DNA of 64,000 bases, from NCBI RefSeq assembly GCF_009914755.1, contig NC_060933.1, one strand, 5' to 3'. The position numbers and the translations under genes are program-made. Under the pieces are notes generated by a model that was given only the letters and a program-made list of their open reading frames with translations, did not search any database and was not told the DNA's origin. The stretch is from the human T2T-CHM13v2.0 reference genome, Homo sapiens. Within the stretch, counting starts at the first letter, position 1. Each line of letters starts with the position of its first letter. This document shows, piece by piece, positions 43,366 through 57,210 of this stretch.

Positions 43366-43746
43366 TGTATTAGTTCATTTTCACACTGCTATAAATAACT
43401 GCTCAATACTGGGTAATTTATAAAGGAAAGAGGTTTAATTGATTCAGTTCATCATGGCTGGGAGGCCTCAGGAAACTTACAATCATGGTGGAAGACAAAG
43501 GGGAAGCAAGGCACCTCCTTCACAGGGTGGCAGGAATAAGAAGTGTCAAGGGAAGAGGGAAGAGCCCCTTGTAAAACCATCAGATCTTGTGAGAACTCAC
43601 TATCACAAGAACAGAATGGGGGAAACTGCCCCCATGATCCAGTAACCTCCACCTGGTCTCTCCCTTGACACAAAGGAATTGTGGGAATTGTTGGGATTAA
43701 AATTCAAGGTGAGATTTGGGTAGGGACACAAAGCCTAACCATATCA
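43366..43746 (-). mobile_element. THE1C-like solo LTR
   Basis: 'tgtattagtt...ccatatca'; perfect TSD ccata on both sides. Confidence 0.88.
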
Positions 43747-44545
43747 CCATACTGATTGAATTTCTGTCTTATGTCAGGCAGTGGAAACACAGATGGACAA
43801 GGCAGAAATGGCCTCTGTTCTCATGGAGCAGAGCATCCATTCATCCATCCATTTATTTATTTTTTCAAAAAGTATTTATTGAGTTCCTACCATTTGCTAG
43901 ACAATGTGGTATGTGCTGGAGATACATCAGAAAATATTCCTGGAGTGGAGGCAGGCAGCCAAAAAGCTAAAAAGTAGGCAGCAAGCAGCAGTAAGTATTA
44001 TGAATGGAACAAACACGAAAATGAGAGCATAATAAGGTAGAAGTTTTGTCCTTAATAAGGCTCTTAGAAAAGGCTTCCTTATAAAAGTGACATTTAAGCT
44101 GAATCTTAAAGGACAAAAAGAAACTAATCATGCAGAGTAGCAAAAAGAGCCAAATGCATCTGAATAGGGAAATCAGTGTGGCTGGTTGTAGTGGAATCAG
44201 ATGACTTTTGGAAAAATATTCAAAAGATAGACATTAAGGGCCTTAAGGATTTGGTTATTCTGAGTTCAATCAAAAGCAACTGAAGACTTGTTGGTGGTAA
44301 TGGTGGGGTACAAGTGGTAACTTCATCTGATTAATGTGTGGAACATCTGTCTGCTATTTATTGGAGCATGGATTGGAGGGGCATGAGTGGAAGTAAGAAG
44401 ACCAGTCAACAGCTTATTGCAGTAGTTCCAGCAAGATTACAATTGAGGTACAGGGAGTAGGGAGATGCAACTGATTGAGGAAACATTTTGAAGTTAGTCA
44501 AAATTTACTAATGAATTGTGTCATGACCTGAAGTGTGTCCCTAGT

Positions 44546-45307
44546 GTTATCAGCTGTATTGCATCCTCCCAAAATTCATATGTTGATGTCCTAACTCCCA
44601 GTACTTTAGGATGTGCCTATATTTGGAGATAGGATCTTTAAAGAGGTAATTAAGTTAAAAGGTGGTCATACGATGGGCCCTAATCCAATATAACTGGTGT
44701 CCTTATATGAAAAGGAAATTAGGACACAGACCGTCATAGAGAGAAGACCATGAGAAGACACAGGGAAAAGACAGCCATCTGCAAGCCAAGCAGAGAGGCC
44801 TCAAATCAAGACTAAGACTTTGATCTCAGACCTCTAGCCTCTAGAATTATGAGAAAATATATTTCTGTAGTTTAAGCCACTCAATGTGTTGTGCTTTGAT
44901 ATGACAGCCTGATATGGTTGGGCTGTGTCCCCACCCAAATCTCATCTTGAATTGTGATTCCCATAATCCCCATGAGTCATGGGAGGAATGCTGTGGTAGG
45001 TAATTGAATCATGAAGGTGTTTACCCCCATGCTGCTGTTCTCATGATAGTGAGTTCTCACAAGATCTGATGGTTTTATAAGGGGCTTTTCCCTCTTTGCT
45101 TGGCACTACTCCTTTCTCTGCCATGTGAGGAAGGATGTGTTTGCTTCCCCTTCCACCATGATTGTAAGTTTCCTGAAGCCTCCCCAGCCATGCTGGACTG
45201 TGAGTCAATTAAACCTCTTTCCTTTTTAAATTACCTAGTCTCAGGTATGTCTTTATTAGCAGTGTAAGAACTGACTAATACACAGATAGCCCTACTAAAC
45301 TAACACA
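44546..45307 (+). mobile_element. MLT1B LTR interrupted by THE1B
   Basis: 'tgttatcagctg...cccaaaattcatatgttgatgtcctaactcccag...aaactaacaca'. Confidence 0.8.
44910..45282 (+). mobile_element. THE1B-like solo LTR
   Basis: 'tgatatggttgggctgtgtccccacccaaatctcatcttgaattg...gactaataca'. Confidence 0.88.
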
Positions 45308-46158
45308 CATTTTATGTGAAAATATAAGAAAACGGTAAAACCAAGGATGGTCCCAGTGTTGGGGATATAGGTTTGGGGAGGGGAAACAGAGTTCCATTTT
45401 GGACATGCTATATTTGAGAAGTTAGTGAAGCAAAAAGGTAGAGCTGTCAATTCCTGAGTAAGCTATGTGAGTCTAAGGCTCAGGGAAGTGGGATTGGCTA
45501 GAGAAAAGTAAATATGGGTCTTTTCAGAAAAAACAACAGGAATAGATGAGATCACCAGGTAGAGGAGAGACAATGAAATGAAATTAGGTTTAGGCCTAAG
45601 CCCTAAGGAATTCCATTATTTGGAAGTCATAAGAGCAGGTTCCATAAGAAAAACTAACAAGAAGTCAAAGAGGGAGAGGGAATAATAAACATCCTGGTGT
45701 AAGAAGATAAAGAATGAGGAAGGCCAACAGTATTGAAAGTTGCCAAAGGGCAATGGAGATGAGTGAAAAATATTCAGTGCAATAGGTAACATGGTGGTTG
45801 CTGCCAATTTTAAACAACAGAAAATTGAGTGAAGTTTTAGAGGAGAAAAGCAATCTGGAATGTATTGAGTTGTACAATGGAAATGAGGAAATGGAAATAA
45901 AGCTTCCGAAAATTTGGACTAAGAATGGAACAGAGAATTGAGAAGGGGCTCAAGGAGGGTTTATTTTCTTTTTAACACAAAAGGTATTATATAATGTTTA
46001 TATGCTGATAGTAACGGAGGAGGGGAAGGACAGAAATTGATGTTATAGAACATAGAGGAGGGAACTAAGGGAAAGAAAAGTCCTAGGGAAGTTGAGAAAG
46101 TTTGGGGTCTGGAACACAGAATGGCTTAGCACACTGCTTAGTGCATAGAAACTGGCCA

Positions 46159-46687
46159 GCGAAGTAATTCAAAACATGGCACCCCAAAATCTGCCACTCT
46201 GGCATACTGACTATTTTGAATTGAAAGGACTTAAAAATAGCAGGTGCAAGAAGATCACTCTGACTTTCCTTCTGCTTCTTAAAAGTAGGAGATGAAATTC
46301 CCATGTGAAAGACGTCCTTTCTACACCAGAAGAAGAGTATCATTCTTATCATCTAGGACAAGCAATTGAGGCCTAGGGAAATCTACAAACAAACCTTGTT
46401 AAACCAACTCTTATCTTCGTGGTCACTTCTCTACCCAATTAACTATCCTAGCTCAAGCCCCTTTGCCTGGTCACATTCTCATCATTCATGACTGTTGGTC
46501 CAATTTAGCATATAAGTGTTTAACTTTGTCTTTGGGTCTTTGTTTCCTTATGAAGATTGTGCACCATGTAAAACTCGTATTAAAGAAATTTGTGTGCACT
46601 TCTCCTAATTGTATATATTATGTCAAGACATAAGGTCCAGCTAAAAAATCCCTAAGAGAGTAGAGGTAAAATTTTGCCTTCCCTACA
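46159..46687 (+). mobile_element. ERV1 LTR (MER34/MER39-type)
   Basis: 'ttcaaaacatggcaccccaaaatctgccactctggcata...ttgccttccctaca'. Confidence 0.7.
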
Positions 46688-47456
46688 TCAGTAAGTATTG
46701 AAGATTGTAACCACTTAAGGAAGCTTTTCCTTATCTTTGTATTGGCTTAGCCCAGGAAGAGATGCACTTGAAGAGGAGAATTCTGGTAGTATAGAACAGA
46801 GATGGGGTCACCAGCTTTTTCAGGTCCAATGCCTTCCTGAATATAAAATAATAAATTTAAGAAAAAAAATATTGATATTAGAACCAGCCTGAACAGGACA
46901 AAGAGGTTTGTAGAAATATTAGACAAGAGTCCTCCTGCACTGGCCCCCACTCCTCTGCACAGACACTGTGCCACTCAAAATTATCTCCCCTCTGAGTGCA
47001 AAGTGGTCCAAACCCCTGGAGAAAAATTTGGCAATGTCTAACACAATTTTCATTGCATTTGCCCTTTTACAAAGTCTCTTCTCCTCTAGAAATTTTACCC
47101 AGAAGATGCACTTTGGAATACAAAAAACAACAAAAAAAAATACATGAGATTTATCACTTTGTTATGTGAATAAACAAAATTTTGGAAACAAGATAAATGC
47201 CTACTCATAGCTATTCACTAATTGAATAAACTATATTTGCATACTATGCAGTTTATTAAAAGAAAGAGAAAGATCTTCAAGAACTAATAAAGAGTGATTT
47301 CTAGAATCTACCAATAAGTGAAAAAGGCAAAGGAGAAAAGAGTGTATATAATATGCTAAATATGCCTTATTTAAAATATATATATATATTTAAATTTCCT
47401 GTTTTTTGCAAGAAGCTACATAAGTAGTATAAACTAGAAACAAATGAAAATTATAG

Positions 47457-47860
<404 letters not shown>

Positions 47861-50715
47861 TTATAATTATTTAAGTATTTTAAATTTTAAAAATAAATAA
47901 ACAAGGATTGTAAGAACAACAAACCCTGAAATTAAATACAGGCAGAAACAGATAAATATAGCTATATATCAAATGATAACATATTCACATCAAGATAAGA
48001 ATTAGGTCAAGTTATTTATGTTTATTTTTTAGACTTTTAGGTTCAGGGGTGCATTTGCAGGTGGTGTTACATAGGTAAATTGCATATTGTGGGGCTTTGG
48101 TGTACAGAATTTTTGTCACTCAGGTGATAAGCATAGTACTTGGTAGTTTTTTGATCCTCACCCTCCTCTCACCTTCCACCCTCAAGCAGGCCCTGGTGTC
48201 TATTGTTCCCTTATTTGTGTCCATGCATACTTAATATTTAGCTCCCATTTATAAGTGAGAACATGTGGCATTTGGTTTTCTATTCCTGTGTTAATTTGGT
48301 CGGGATAATAGCCTCCAAGTTCCATCCATGTTCCTGCAAAGGACATGATCTCATAGTATTAGATGGTGCATATGTACTATATTTTCTTTATCCAGTCTAT
48401 TGCTGATAGACATCTAGGTTGATTCTAGGCCTTTGTTGTTGTGAATAGTGCTGTGATAAACATACATGTGCATGTGTCTTTATGATAAAATAATTTATAT
48501 TCCTTTGGTATATTCCCAATAATAGGATTGCTGGATTGAATGGTAATTCTGTTTTAAGTTCTGAGAAATCTCCAGACTGCTTTCCACAGTGGCTGAACTA
48601 GCAGCGTGTAAGCGGTCCCTTTTCTCTGCAAACTTGCCAGCATCTATTGTTATACTTTTTTACTTTTTAGTTATAGCCATTCTGACTGGTGTTAGATGGT
48701 ATCTCATTGTGGTTTTGATCCATGTTTCTCTAATGATTTGTTATGTTGAGGATTTTCTTCACATGCTTGTTGGCTGTGTGTATGTCTTCTTTGGAAAAAT
48801 GTCTGTTCTTGTTCTTTGCCCTCTTTTTAATGGGACTGTTTGTTTTTTGCTTATTAATTTGTTCAGGTTCCTTATAGATTCTGGATATTAGACCTTTGCT
48901 GTATGCATAGCTTGCAAATATTTTCTCCCATTCTGTAGATTTTCTGTTTACTATGTTGGTAATTTCTTCTGCTGTGCAGAAGTGCTTTAATTTAATTAGG
49001 TCCTGTTTGTCAATTTTTGTTTGTGTTGCCGTTGCTTTTGGTGTCTTCGTCACAAAGCCTTTGTCAGTGCCTATGACCAGAATGGTATTTCCTAGTTTTT
49101 TTTTTCTAGTGTTTTGGTAGTTTTACGTTTTACAGTTAAGTCTTTAGCCCATCTTGAGTTTTTTGTACATGGTGAAAGGAAGGAGCCCAGCTTCAGTATT
49201 CTGCATATAGCTAGCCAGTTACCCCAACTCCAAAGGGAGCTCTTTTTCCATTGCTTTTGTCAACTTTATTAAAAATCAGATAGTTTTAGGTGTATGGCCT
49301 TATGTCTGGGTTACCTAACCTGTTCCATTGGTCTGTGTTTCTGTTTTTGTACCAGAATTGTGCTGTCTTGTTTACTGTAGCCTTGTAGTATAGCTTCAAT
49401 TTGAGTAACGTGATGGCATCATCTTTGTTCTTTTTGCTTACGATTGCTTTGGCCATTAGGGCTCTTTTTTAGTTCCATATGAATTTTAGAATAGTTTTTC
49501 TCTAATTTTGTGGAAAAATGCTATTGGTAGTTTGATAGGAACAGCATTGAATCTGTAAATTGCTTTGGGTAGTATGGCCACTTTAACAATATTGATTCTT
49601 CCTATCCATGAGCATAGAATGTTCTTCCATTTGTTTGTGTAATCTCTTATTTCTCTGAGCAGTGTTTTGTAATTCTCATTGTAAAGATCTTTCATCTCCC
49701 TGGTTAGCTGTATTTCTAGGTATTTAATTTTTTGTGGCTATTGTGAATGGGATTTCATTCTTAATTTGGCTCTCAGCTTGGACGTTTTTGGTGTATAGAA
49801 ACACTACTGATTTTTGTACATTGATTTTGTATTCTGAAACGTTGCTGAAGTTGCTTATCAGCTTTTGGATGAGACTACTGGGTTTTCTAGGTACAGGATC
49901 ATATCATCTGCAAATAGGGATAGTTTGAGCTCCTTTTTTCCTATTTGGATGTCTTTTATTTCCTACTCTTCCCTGATTGCTTTGACTAAGAATGTTAGTA
50001 CTACTTTGAATAGGAATAGTGAGAGTGGCATCCTTGTCTTGTTCCAGTTGTCAACGAGAATGCTTCCACCTTTGCCCGATCAATATGATGTTAGCTGTGG
50101 GTTTGTCATAAGATGACTCTTATTATTTTGAGGTATGTTATTCAAGCCTAGTTTGTTGAGGATGTTTAACATAAGGTGATGTTGAATTTTATGTAAAGCC
50201 TTTTCTGTGTCTGTTGAAATGATCATGTGGTTTTTGTTTTTAGTTCTGTTAATCTAATGAATCACATTTATTGATTTGCACATGTTGAACCAGCCTTGCA
50301 TCCTAGGGATGAAACCTATTCGATCATGGTGGATTAGCTTTTTGGTGTGCTGCTGGATTCAATTTACTAGTATTTTGTTGAAGATTTTTTACATCTATGT
50401 TCATCAAGGATTTGGGCCTGAAGTTTTCTTTTTTGTTGGTATGTCTCTGCCAGGTTTTAGTATGAGGATGATGCTTGTCTCATAGAATGTGTTGGAGAGG
50501 AGTTCCTCCTCTCCAATTTTTTGGAATGGTTTCAGTAGGAATGGTACCTACTCTTCGTTATATGTCTAGTAGAATTTGGCTGTGAATCTGTCTGGGCCAG
50601 GACATTTCCTTGTTGGTAGGCTTTTAAGTACTGATTCAGTTTTGGAACTTTACTTGTTATTGATCCGTTCACAGTTTCAATTTCTTCCTGGTTCAATATA
50701 GGGAGGTTGTATGTT

Positions 50716-52369
50716 GTTGTTTTTTTTTAATTTATAAGGAAAAGAAATTTATTGGGCTCACAATGCTGCACGCTGTACAGGAAGCATGGCATTGACATCT
50801 GCTTCTAGTAAAAACCTCAGGAAGCTTCCACTCGTGGTGGAAGGTGAAGGGGAAGCATATGTGTCACATGGCAAGAGAGAAAGCAACAGAGAGACAGGAG
50901 GGATACCCACACTCTTTTAAACAATCAGCTCTTGCATGAACTAATAAAGTGAGAACTTACTCATTAGTGGTAAGATAACACCAAGCCATTCATGAGGGAT
51001 CCACCCCTATGATCCAAACACCTCCCACCAGGCCCCATTTCCAACATTGAAAATCAAATTTCAACATCAGATTTGGAGAGGAAAAATAGCCCAAATGTAT
51101 CACCCATTAAATCCAAATGAATAAAATGCCCATTGTAAATATTGCACAGAATTTGCACAGAAGGTATGCTATGGTTTGAATGTTTTTTCCCCTCCAAAAC
51201 TCATGTTGAAATTTGGTTGCCATTGTGGCGGTGATGGGAGGTGGAAATTTGGGGAGGTGATTAGGCCATAAGGGCTCCACCCTCATGGGTGGGATTAAGG
51301 CCATTTATTTTTTATTATTATACTTTCAGTTCTAGGGTACATGTGCACAATGTGCAGGTTTGTTACATATGTATACATGTGCCATGTTGGTGTGCTGCAC
51401 CCATTAACTCGTCATTTACATTAGGTGTATCTCCTAATGCTATCCCTCTACCCTCCCTCTACCCCAAGACAGGCCCCAGTGTGTGACTTTCCCCACCCTG
51501 TGTCCAAGTGTTCTCATTGTTCGATTTCCACCTATGAGTGAGAACATGCGGTGTTTGGTTTTCTGTCCTTGTGATAGTTTGCTCAGAATGATGGTTTCTA
51601 GCTTCATCCATGTCCCTACAAAGGACATGAACTCATCCTTTTCTATGGCTGCCTAGTATTCCATGGTGTATATGTGCCACATTTTCTTAATCCAGTCTAT
51701 CATTGATGGACATTTGGGTTGGTTCCAAGTCTTTGCTATTGTGAATAGTGCCTCAATAAACATACGTGTGCATGTGTCTTTAAAGCAGCAAGATTTATAA
51801 TCCTTTGGGAATATGCTCAGTAATGGGATGGCTGGGTCAAATGGTATTTCTAGTTCTAGATCCTTGAGGAATCACCATACTGTCTTCCACAATGGTTGAA
51901 CTAGTTTACAGTCCCACCAACAGTGTAAAAGTGTTCCTATTTCTCCGCATCCTCTCCAGCACCTGTTGTTTCCTGACTTTTTAATGATTGCCTTCTAACT
52001 GGTGTGAGATGGTATCTCATTGTGGTTTTGATTTGCATTTCTCTGATGGCCAGTGATGATGAGCATTTTTTCATGTGTCTGTTGGCTGCACAAATGTCTT
52101 CTTTTGAGAAGTGTCTGTTCATATCGTTTGCCCACTTTTTGATGGGGTTGTTTGATTTTTTTCTTGTAAATGTGTTTAAGTTCTTTGTAGATTCTGGACA
52201 TTAGCCCTTTGTCAGATGGGTAGATTGTAAAAATTTTCTCCCATTCTGCAGTTTGTCTGTTCACTCTGATGGTAGTTTCTTTTGCTGTGCAGAAGGTCTT
52301 TAGTTTAATTAGATCCCATTTGTCAATTTTGGCTTTTGTTGCCATTGCTTTTGGTGTTTTAGTCATGAA
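50716..52369 (-). mobile_element. L1PA5-like 5'-truncated insertion with 3' transduction (MST LTR fragments)
   Basis: L1 51305-52369, MST(+) 51167-51304, spacer, MST(-) 50729-51102 and polyT, all inside TSD ggaggttgtatgtt (50702-50715 and 52370-52383). Confidence 0.85.
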
Positions 52370-53579
52370 GGAGGTTGTATGTTTTTAGGAATTTATCCAT
52401 TTCTTGTAGGTTTTCTAATTGATCTACATAGAGGTGTTCATAATAGTCTCTGAGGGTTTTTTTAAATTTCTGTGGACTCCCCCTTTATTTTTGTAATGGC
52501 CCCCTTGTTATTTCTGATTGTATTTAGTTGGATCTTCTCTCTCTTTTTTTCTTTTTAGTCTAGTTAGCAGTCTATCAACCTTAATTATTCTTTCTCAAAT
52601 AAGCAATTCTGGTTTTGTTTTTCTTTTTATGGTTTTTCATGCCTTAATTTCATTTAGTTCAGTTCTGATTTTGTTTATTTCTTGTCCTCTGTTAGCATTG
52701 GAGTTGGTTTGCTCTTGTTTTTCTAGTTCCTTTAAGTGTAATGTTATGATGTTAATTTGAGATCTTTCTAACTTTTTGATGTGGGCATTTAACGCTATAA
52801 ACTCTCATCTTAACACCACTTTAGCTGTGTCCCAGAGATTCTGGGATCTTGTATTTTGGTTTTCATTAGTTTCAAAGAATTTCTTGATTTCTGCTTTAAT
52901 TTCATCCTTTACCCAAAAGTCATTCAGGAGCAGCTTGTTTAATTTTCATGTAATTCTAGGGTTTCAAATTGTTTTCTTTGTTTTGATTTTTACTTTTATT
53001 GCATCGTGGTCCAAGAGTGTGATTGGTATGATTTTGTTTTGCTTTTGCTTTTTTAACTTGCAGAGAATTGTTTTATGACAAATCGTGTGGTTGATTTTAG
53101 AGCATGTGCCATGTGCAGATGAAAAGAATGTATACTATGTTGTTTTGGGGCAGAGAATTCTGTAGATGTCCATTAGGTCTATTTGGTCAAGTGTCGAGTT
53201 AAGGTTCTGAATATACTTAATAATTTTCTGCCTTGTTGATTTGTTTAACATTGTCAGTGGAGTGTTGAAGTCTTCTACTACTATAGTGTGGTTATCTAAG
53301 TCTCTTAATAGGTCTCTAAAAACTTATTTTATGAATCTGAGTGCTTCAGTGTTGGGTGCATATGTATTTAGGATAGTTAAGTCTTCTTATTGAATTGAAC
53401 CCTTTACTATTATGTAATGCCTTTCTTTGTCTTTTTTGATCATTTTTGGCTTAAAGTCTGTTTTGTCTGAAATTAGCATTCCCGCCTTTTTTGTTTGTTT
53501 GTTGTCCATTTCCTTGGTAGATTTTTTTCTCCATTGCTTTACTTTGAGCCTACATGTGTCATTGCATGTGAGATGTGTC

Positions 53580-54050
53580 TGTTATGGGAACACCAAGGGT
53601 TCAGTTTAGGTCCTGCAGCTCACTGCACAGAAAGCCAATCACTGAAACAATGAGTGTTGCCAGGGAAGGAACACTGACCATCTTAAATCCGTCTCTCTGA
53701 CCAACTAAAATTAGGTGTTTATATAGCAGAAATGTACCAGCAGGAAAACAGGAATTCAGGAATTAAAGAGGGGCAAGGCAGAGGAGTTGGTCATCAGGAA
53801 GCAGGTGGTTAGTTAGGCATTCATGATGGATGAGGGGTCTGATGTCTTATTTTCTAGAAGTGGTAATCTAGTAAGTTTCAGTTCCTTGATGCTATCTGGA
53901 AGGACTGATAGTTGGTTTCCTGAGAAAGGAATTCAGATAAGACAAATGTAACTTCCTCAAGTTTCAAGCCCCGGGCTAGGGGGATCAATTTATATGTTCT
54001 TTCAAAAGAAACTATAACATCAGTTCTATGGGACAATTGGGTTGGTTTCA
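53580..54050 (-). mobile_element. ERV1 solo LTR (LTR26/LTR8-group-like)
   Basis: 'tgttatgggaacaccaagggttc...aaggaattcagataagac...gttggtttca'; 4-bp TSD tgtc/ggtc. Confidence 0.7.
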
Positions 54051-55328
54051 GGTCTCTTGAAGTCTTGAAGACAGCATGCCATTGAGTCTTGCTTTTTATT
54101 GAACTAGCCACTCTGTGCCTTTTAAGTGGGCATTTAGCCCATTTATGTTCAAGATTAGTATTAATATGTGCAGATTTGATCCTGTCATCATGATGTTAGC
54201 TTCTTGCCATGCAGACTTGACTGTGTAGTTGCTTCATAGTGTCAATTGTCTATGTACTTAAGTATGTTTTTGTGGTGGCCAGTAATGGTCTTTCTTTTCC
54301 ATATTTAGCACTCCCTTAAGGACCTCTTGTAAGGCAGGACTAATGATAACAAATTCCTTTAGCATTTGCTTGTCTGAAAAGATCTTATTTCTCCTTCACT
54401 TATGAAGCTTAGTTTTGCTAGATAGGAAATCCTTGACTGGAATTTATTTTCTTTAAGAATGCAAATATAGGACCTCAATCTCTTCTGGCTTGTAGAGTTT
54501 CTGCTGAAAGGTCCACTGTTAGTCTGATGGGGTACCATTTGTAGATTACCTGCCCCTTCTCTCTAGCTGCCTTTAAAAGTTTTTCTTTTGTGTTGACCTT
54601 GGAAAATGTGATGATGATGTGTCTTGAGGATAGTTGTCTTGTATAGAATCTCACAGGGGATATCTGCATGTCCTGATTTTGAATGCTGGCCTGTCTAGTG
54701 AGGTTGGGGAAATTTTCATGGGCAATAGACTCAAATATATTTTCCAAATTGCTTTCTTTTTCTCCCTCTCTTTCAGGGACACCAATGAATCGTAGATATG
54801 GTCTCCTTAAATAATTCCATATTTCTTGGGAGTTTTGTTTATTCTTTTTTATTTTTATTTTCTTTGGTTTTGTCTGACTGAGTTGATTTGAAGAACTAGT
54901 GTTTGATCTCTGAGATTCTTTCCACATCTAGTCTGTCATTAATACTTGTGATTTTATTATGAGATTCTTGCAGTGAGTTTTTCAACTCCATCAGTTTAGT
55001 TTGGTTCTTTCTTAAAATGGTTATTTCATCTTTCATCTCTTGTATTGTTTTATTGGATTCCTTAGATTCGTTGGATTGGGTTTTGACTTTCTCCCAAATC
55101 TTGATGATTTTTGTTCATATTGAGATTCTGAATTCTATGCCTGTCATTTCTGAATTCTGTGCCATTTCAGCCTGGTTAAGAACCAATTCTGGGGCACTAG
55201 TGTGGTTGTTTGGAGGAAAGAAGGCACTCTGGCTTTTTGAGATGCCTGTTTTTGTGCTGGTTCTTTCTCATCTGTGTGGGCTGATGTTCCTTTGATCTTT
55301 GAAGTTGCTGTCCTTTGGATGGAGTTTT

Positions 55329-55781
55329 TGCTGAGTCTGTCCTGCAGACCCTGGCCGATGGATGAAATGAGTATTCAGACATGGGTATACAGTGTAAGAG
55401 CAGCTAGGTGACTGCCTGGCTCTAGTGGCCAGAGAGCAGCCATGAGAAGCTGGAGCTGCTTGCTTTTATTCAGTGCAGGCACAATGCCAAAAACCTGGAG
55501 CCAACACAACCTGTAGGTAATTAACATTTATTGTTCGCCCTTCAGGGAATGTCAGGCGTGTGGATGATCAAAGGTCAGTTCCTGGTCAACATAAGTAAAC
55601 AAGCCTGTTGAAGATAAATTCCCCTACACTCCCTTGTACCTACTCCTTGCCCTCTGCCTCAGGGTTATAGAACAGCTGCCTTCAGCTATTCTCTCCTGGA
55701 GCTTTGCAGAGCCTTCTGACCTTTCAGAAGGCCTACTCCTTTTCCTATAGTTTCTCCCTCCACTCTGACGGATCTCCTACA
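55329..55781 (-). mobile_element. LTR22 (HERV-K HML-5) solo LTR
   Basis: Minus strand starts 'tgtaggagatccgtcagagtgg...ctataggaaaaggagtaggccttctgaaaggtcagaaggctctgc'; TSD gtttt. Confidence 0.8.
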
Positions 55782-56086
55782 GTTTTTTGCTTTTATAGTC
55801 TTTGATGCCATTGGGGATTTGTTTGTGGTATAAGGTGGGTTCAGTCAACTGGGCTTCGTTTCTGGAAGATTTCAAGGGGCCAAGGGTCAGCTCATCACTC
55901 ATGAGTTTCTTGCTGTAGACCTGTGGGCTTGCACTGAACTGCTGGCTTTATTGTTTGGCCCCTGAAGGTTAGAAACCTGCTGCACTGTGGGGACCAAGGT
56001 GTTCCCAGTCTGCTGGCAACAACACTCCAATAGGTGATGCTGGACACTGTTTGGTCTGTGCTCTTGCACTTGTGGTCAAGTGATTT

Positions 56087-56376
56087 TTGAATAAAATACT
56101 TTGGTTGTGTTTCTCCAGGAGGTTGTATAAGGACAAAAAAACAGATAGAAAATCTTAGGCTTTCCTTGGTGGGTTTGTCATTGGTAGTGATACAGATACT
56201 ATAAATACAAAATTATCTTTATACTGTAAAAAAAGCAAATGAGTAAATATATTGACATTGCTGGGAGACAGTGTTTTCATAGTGAGGACAGATTGATAGA
56301 AATATGGAGAAGAAAAAAATGAAAAGGAACCTTCTCGTATTGTATTGAAATTAATGATATCAAGCCATAGTTTAAA

Positions 56377-56414
<38 letters not shown>

Positions 56415-57210
56415 TTTCTAACTCTGTTCACTCGAAGGGTCTATAATCTAGAAGCAGTGATACTCTAATAGGAATAAACATCCTTCTGCTCATTAACATT
56501 TCTCCACTAAAGGAACTACAGATTCTTAGAGAAATGGCAGATTCCAGATTTGCACAAGGGAATGTATAAGGCAAGTTTGGGACACTTTGTGCCAGAATTC
56601 AAAGGATTGCTTGTTGATTAAAACAGACATTTGAAAAGGACAGGGAAGCTAACTTAAAGGCTACCCCACTGGCAATATTTGGGACAAGTTGAATATCAAA
56701 AGGAACAAGGATAGTTATGTTTTATAACATGCTGGATTTTTTTAAAAAGCCAGGAATCAATAGTGATTAAAACATAAATAAGTAATTCATGTGGAAGCAA
56801 GAGAGACAGTGAAGAAAAAGAAAAAGCTCTTCTTTACAGATGAATGCCAGCTAATAAATCTGGAAGGAATGGTAGAATTAGAAAATGGCCATTTTGCAAA
56901 TCCCAATGTAAACTAATTAAATCAGACAAAGATCCTCAGTGGTTCTTAAACCACTGGGGAAAAGGTTGTTGAGGATAGATATTCATGTGTTCTCAAAGTG
57001 TTACCCTAAAATTACTTATCACTTATAATGTATAATTACAGGAGTGAGATTTAGAGATTACCAACCACGTTATCAAACTTGACAACACTAAAAGTGGAAC
57101 ATACTATTGTCTCCCAGTGGGATACAATAGAAACTATGCAACATCACTCATGTAATATCCTCGTTAAAAGTGCAGAATCTGAGTCTAATCAAGAGTGAGC
57201 AATCAGACAT
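56087..57210 (+). mobile_element. Ancient L1M 3' region, continuing the ~47010-48004 fragment; includes (CA)n at 56379-56412
   Basis: Host sequence on both sides of the L1 TSD; 'tctttacagatgaatgccagctaataaat...agaaaatggccattttgcaa'. Confidence 0.6.

Larger units (their letters stand above)
48018..56073 (-). mobile_element. Near-full-length old primate L1 (L1PA13-16-like) with nested insertions
   Basis: 3'UTR at 48020, broken ORF2 fragments, ORF1p fragment 54475-54927 (ENFPNL..RHIIITFSKV..PIRLTVDLSAETLQARRD); TSD ggtcaagt[t/g]attt at 48005-48017 and 56074-56086. Confidence 0.9.

Noticed and set aside
54475-54927. 150-aa minus-strand ORF
   Set aside because: Fragment of L1 ORF1p in a dead, interrupted L1.
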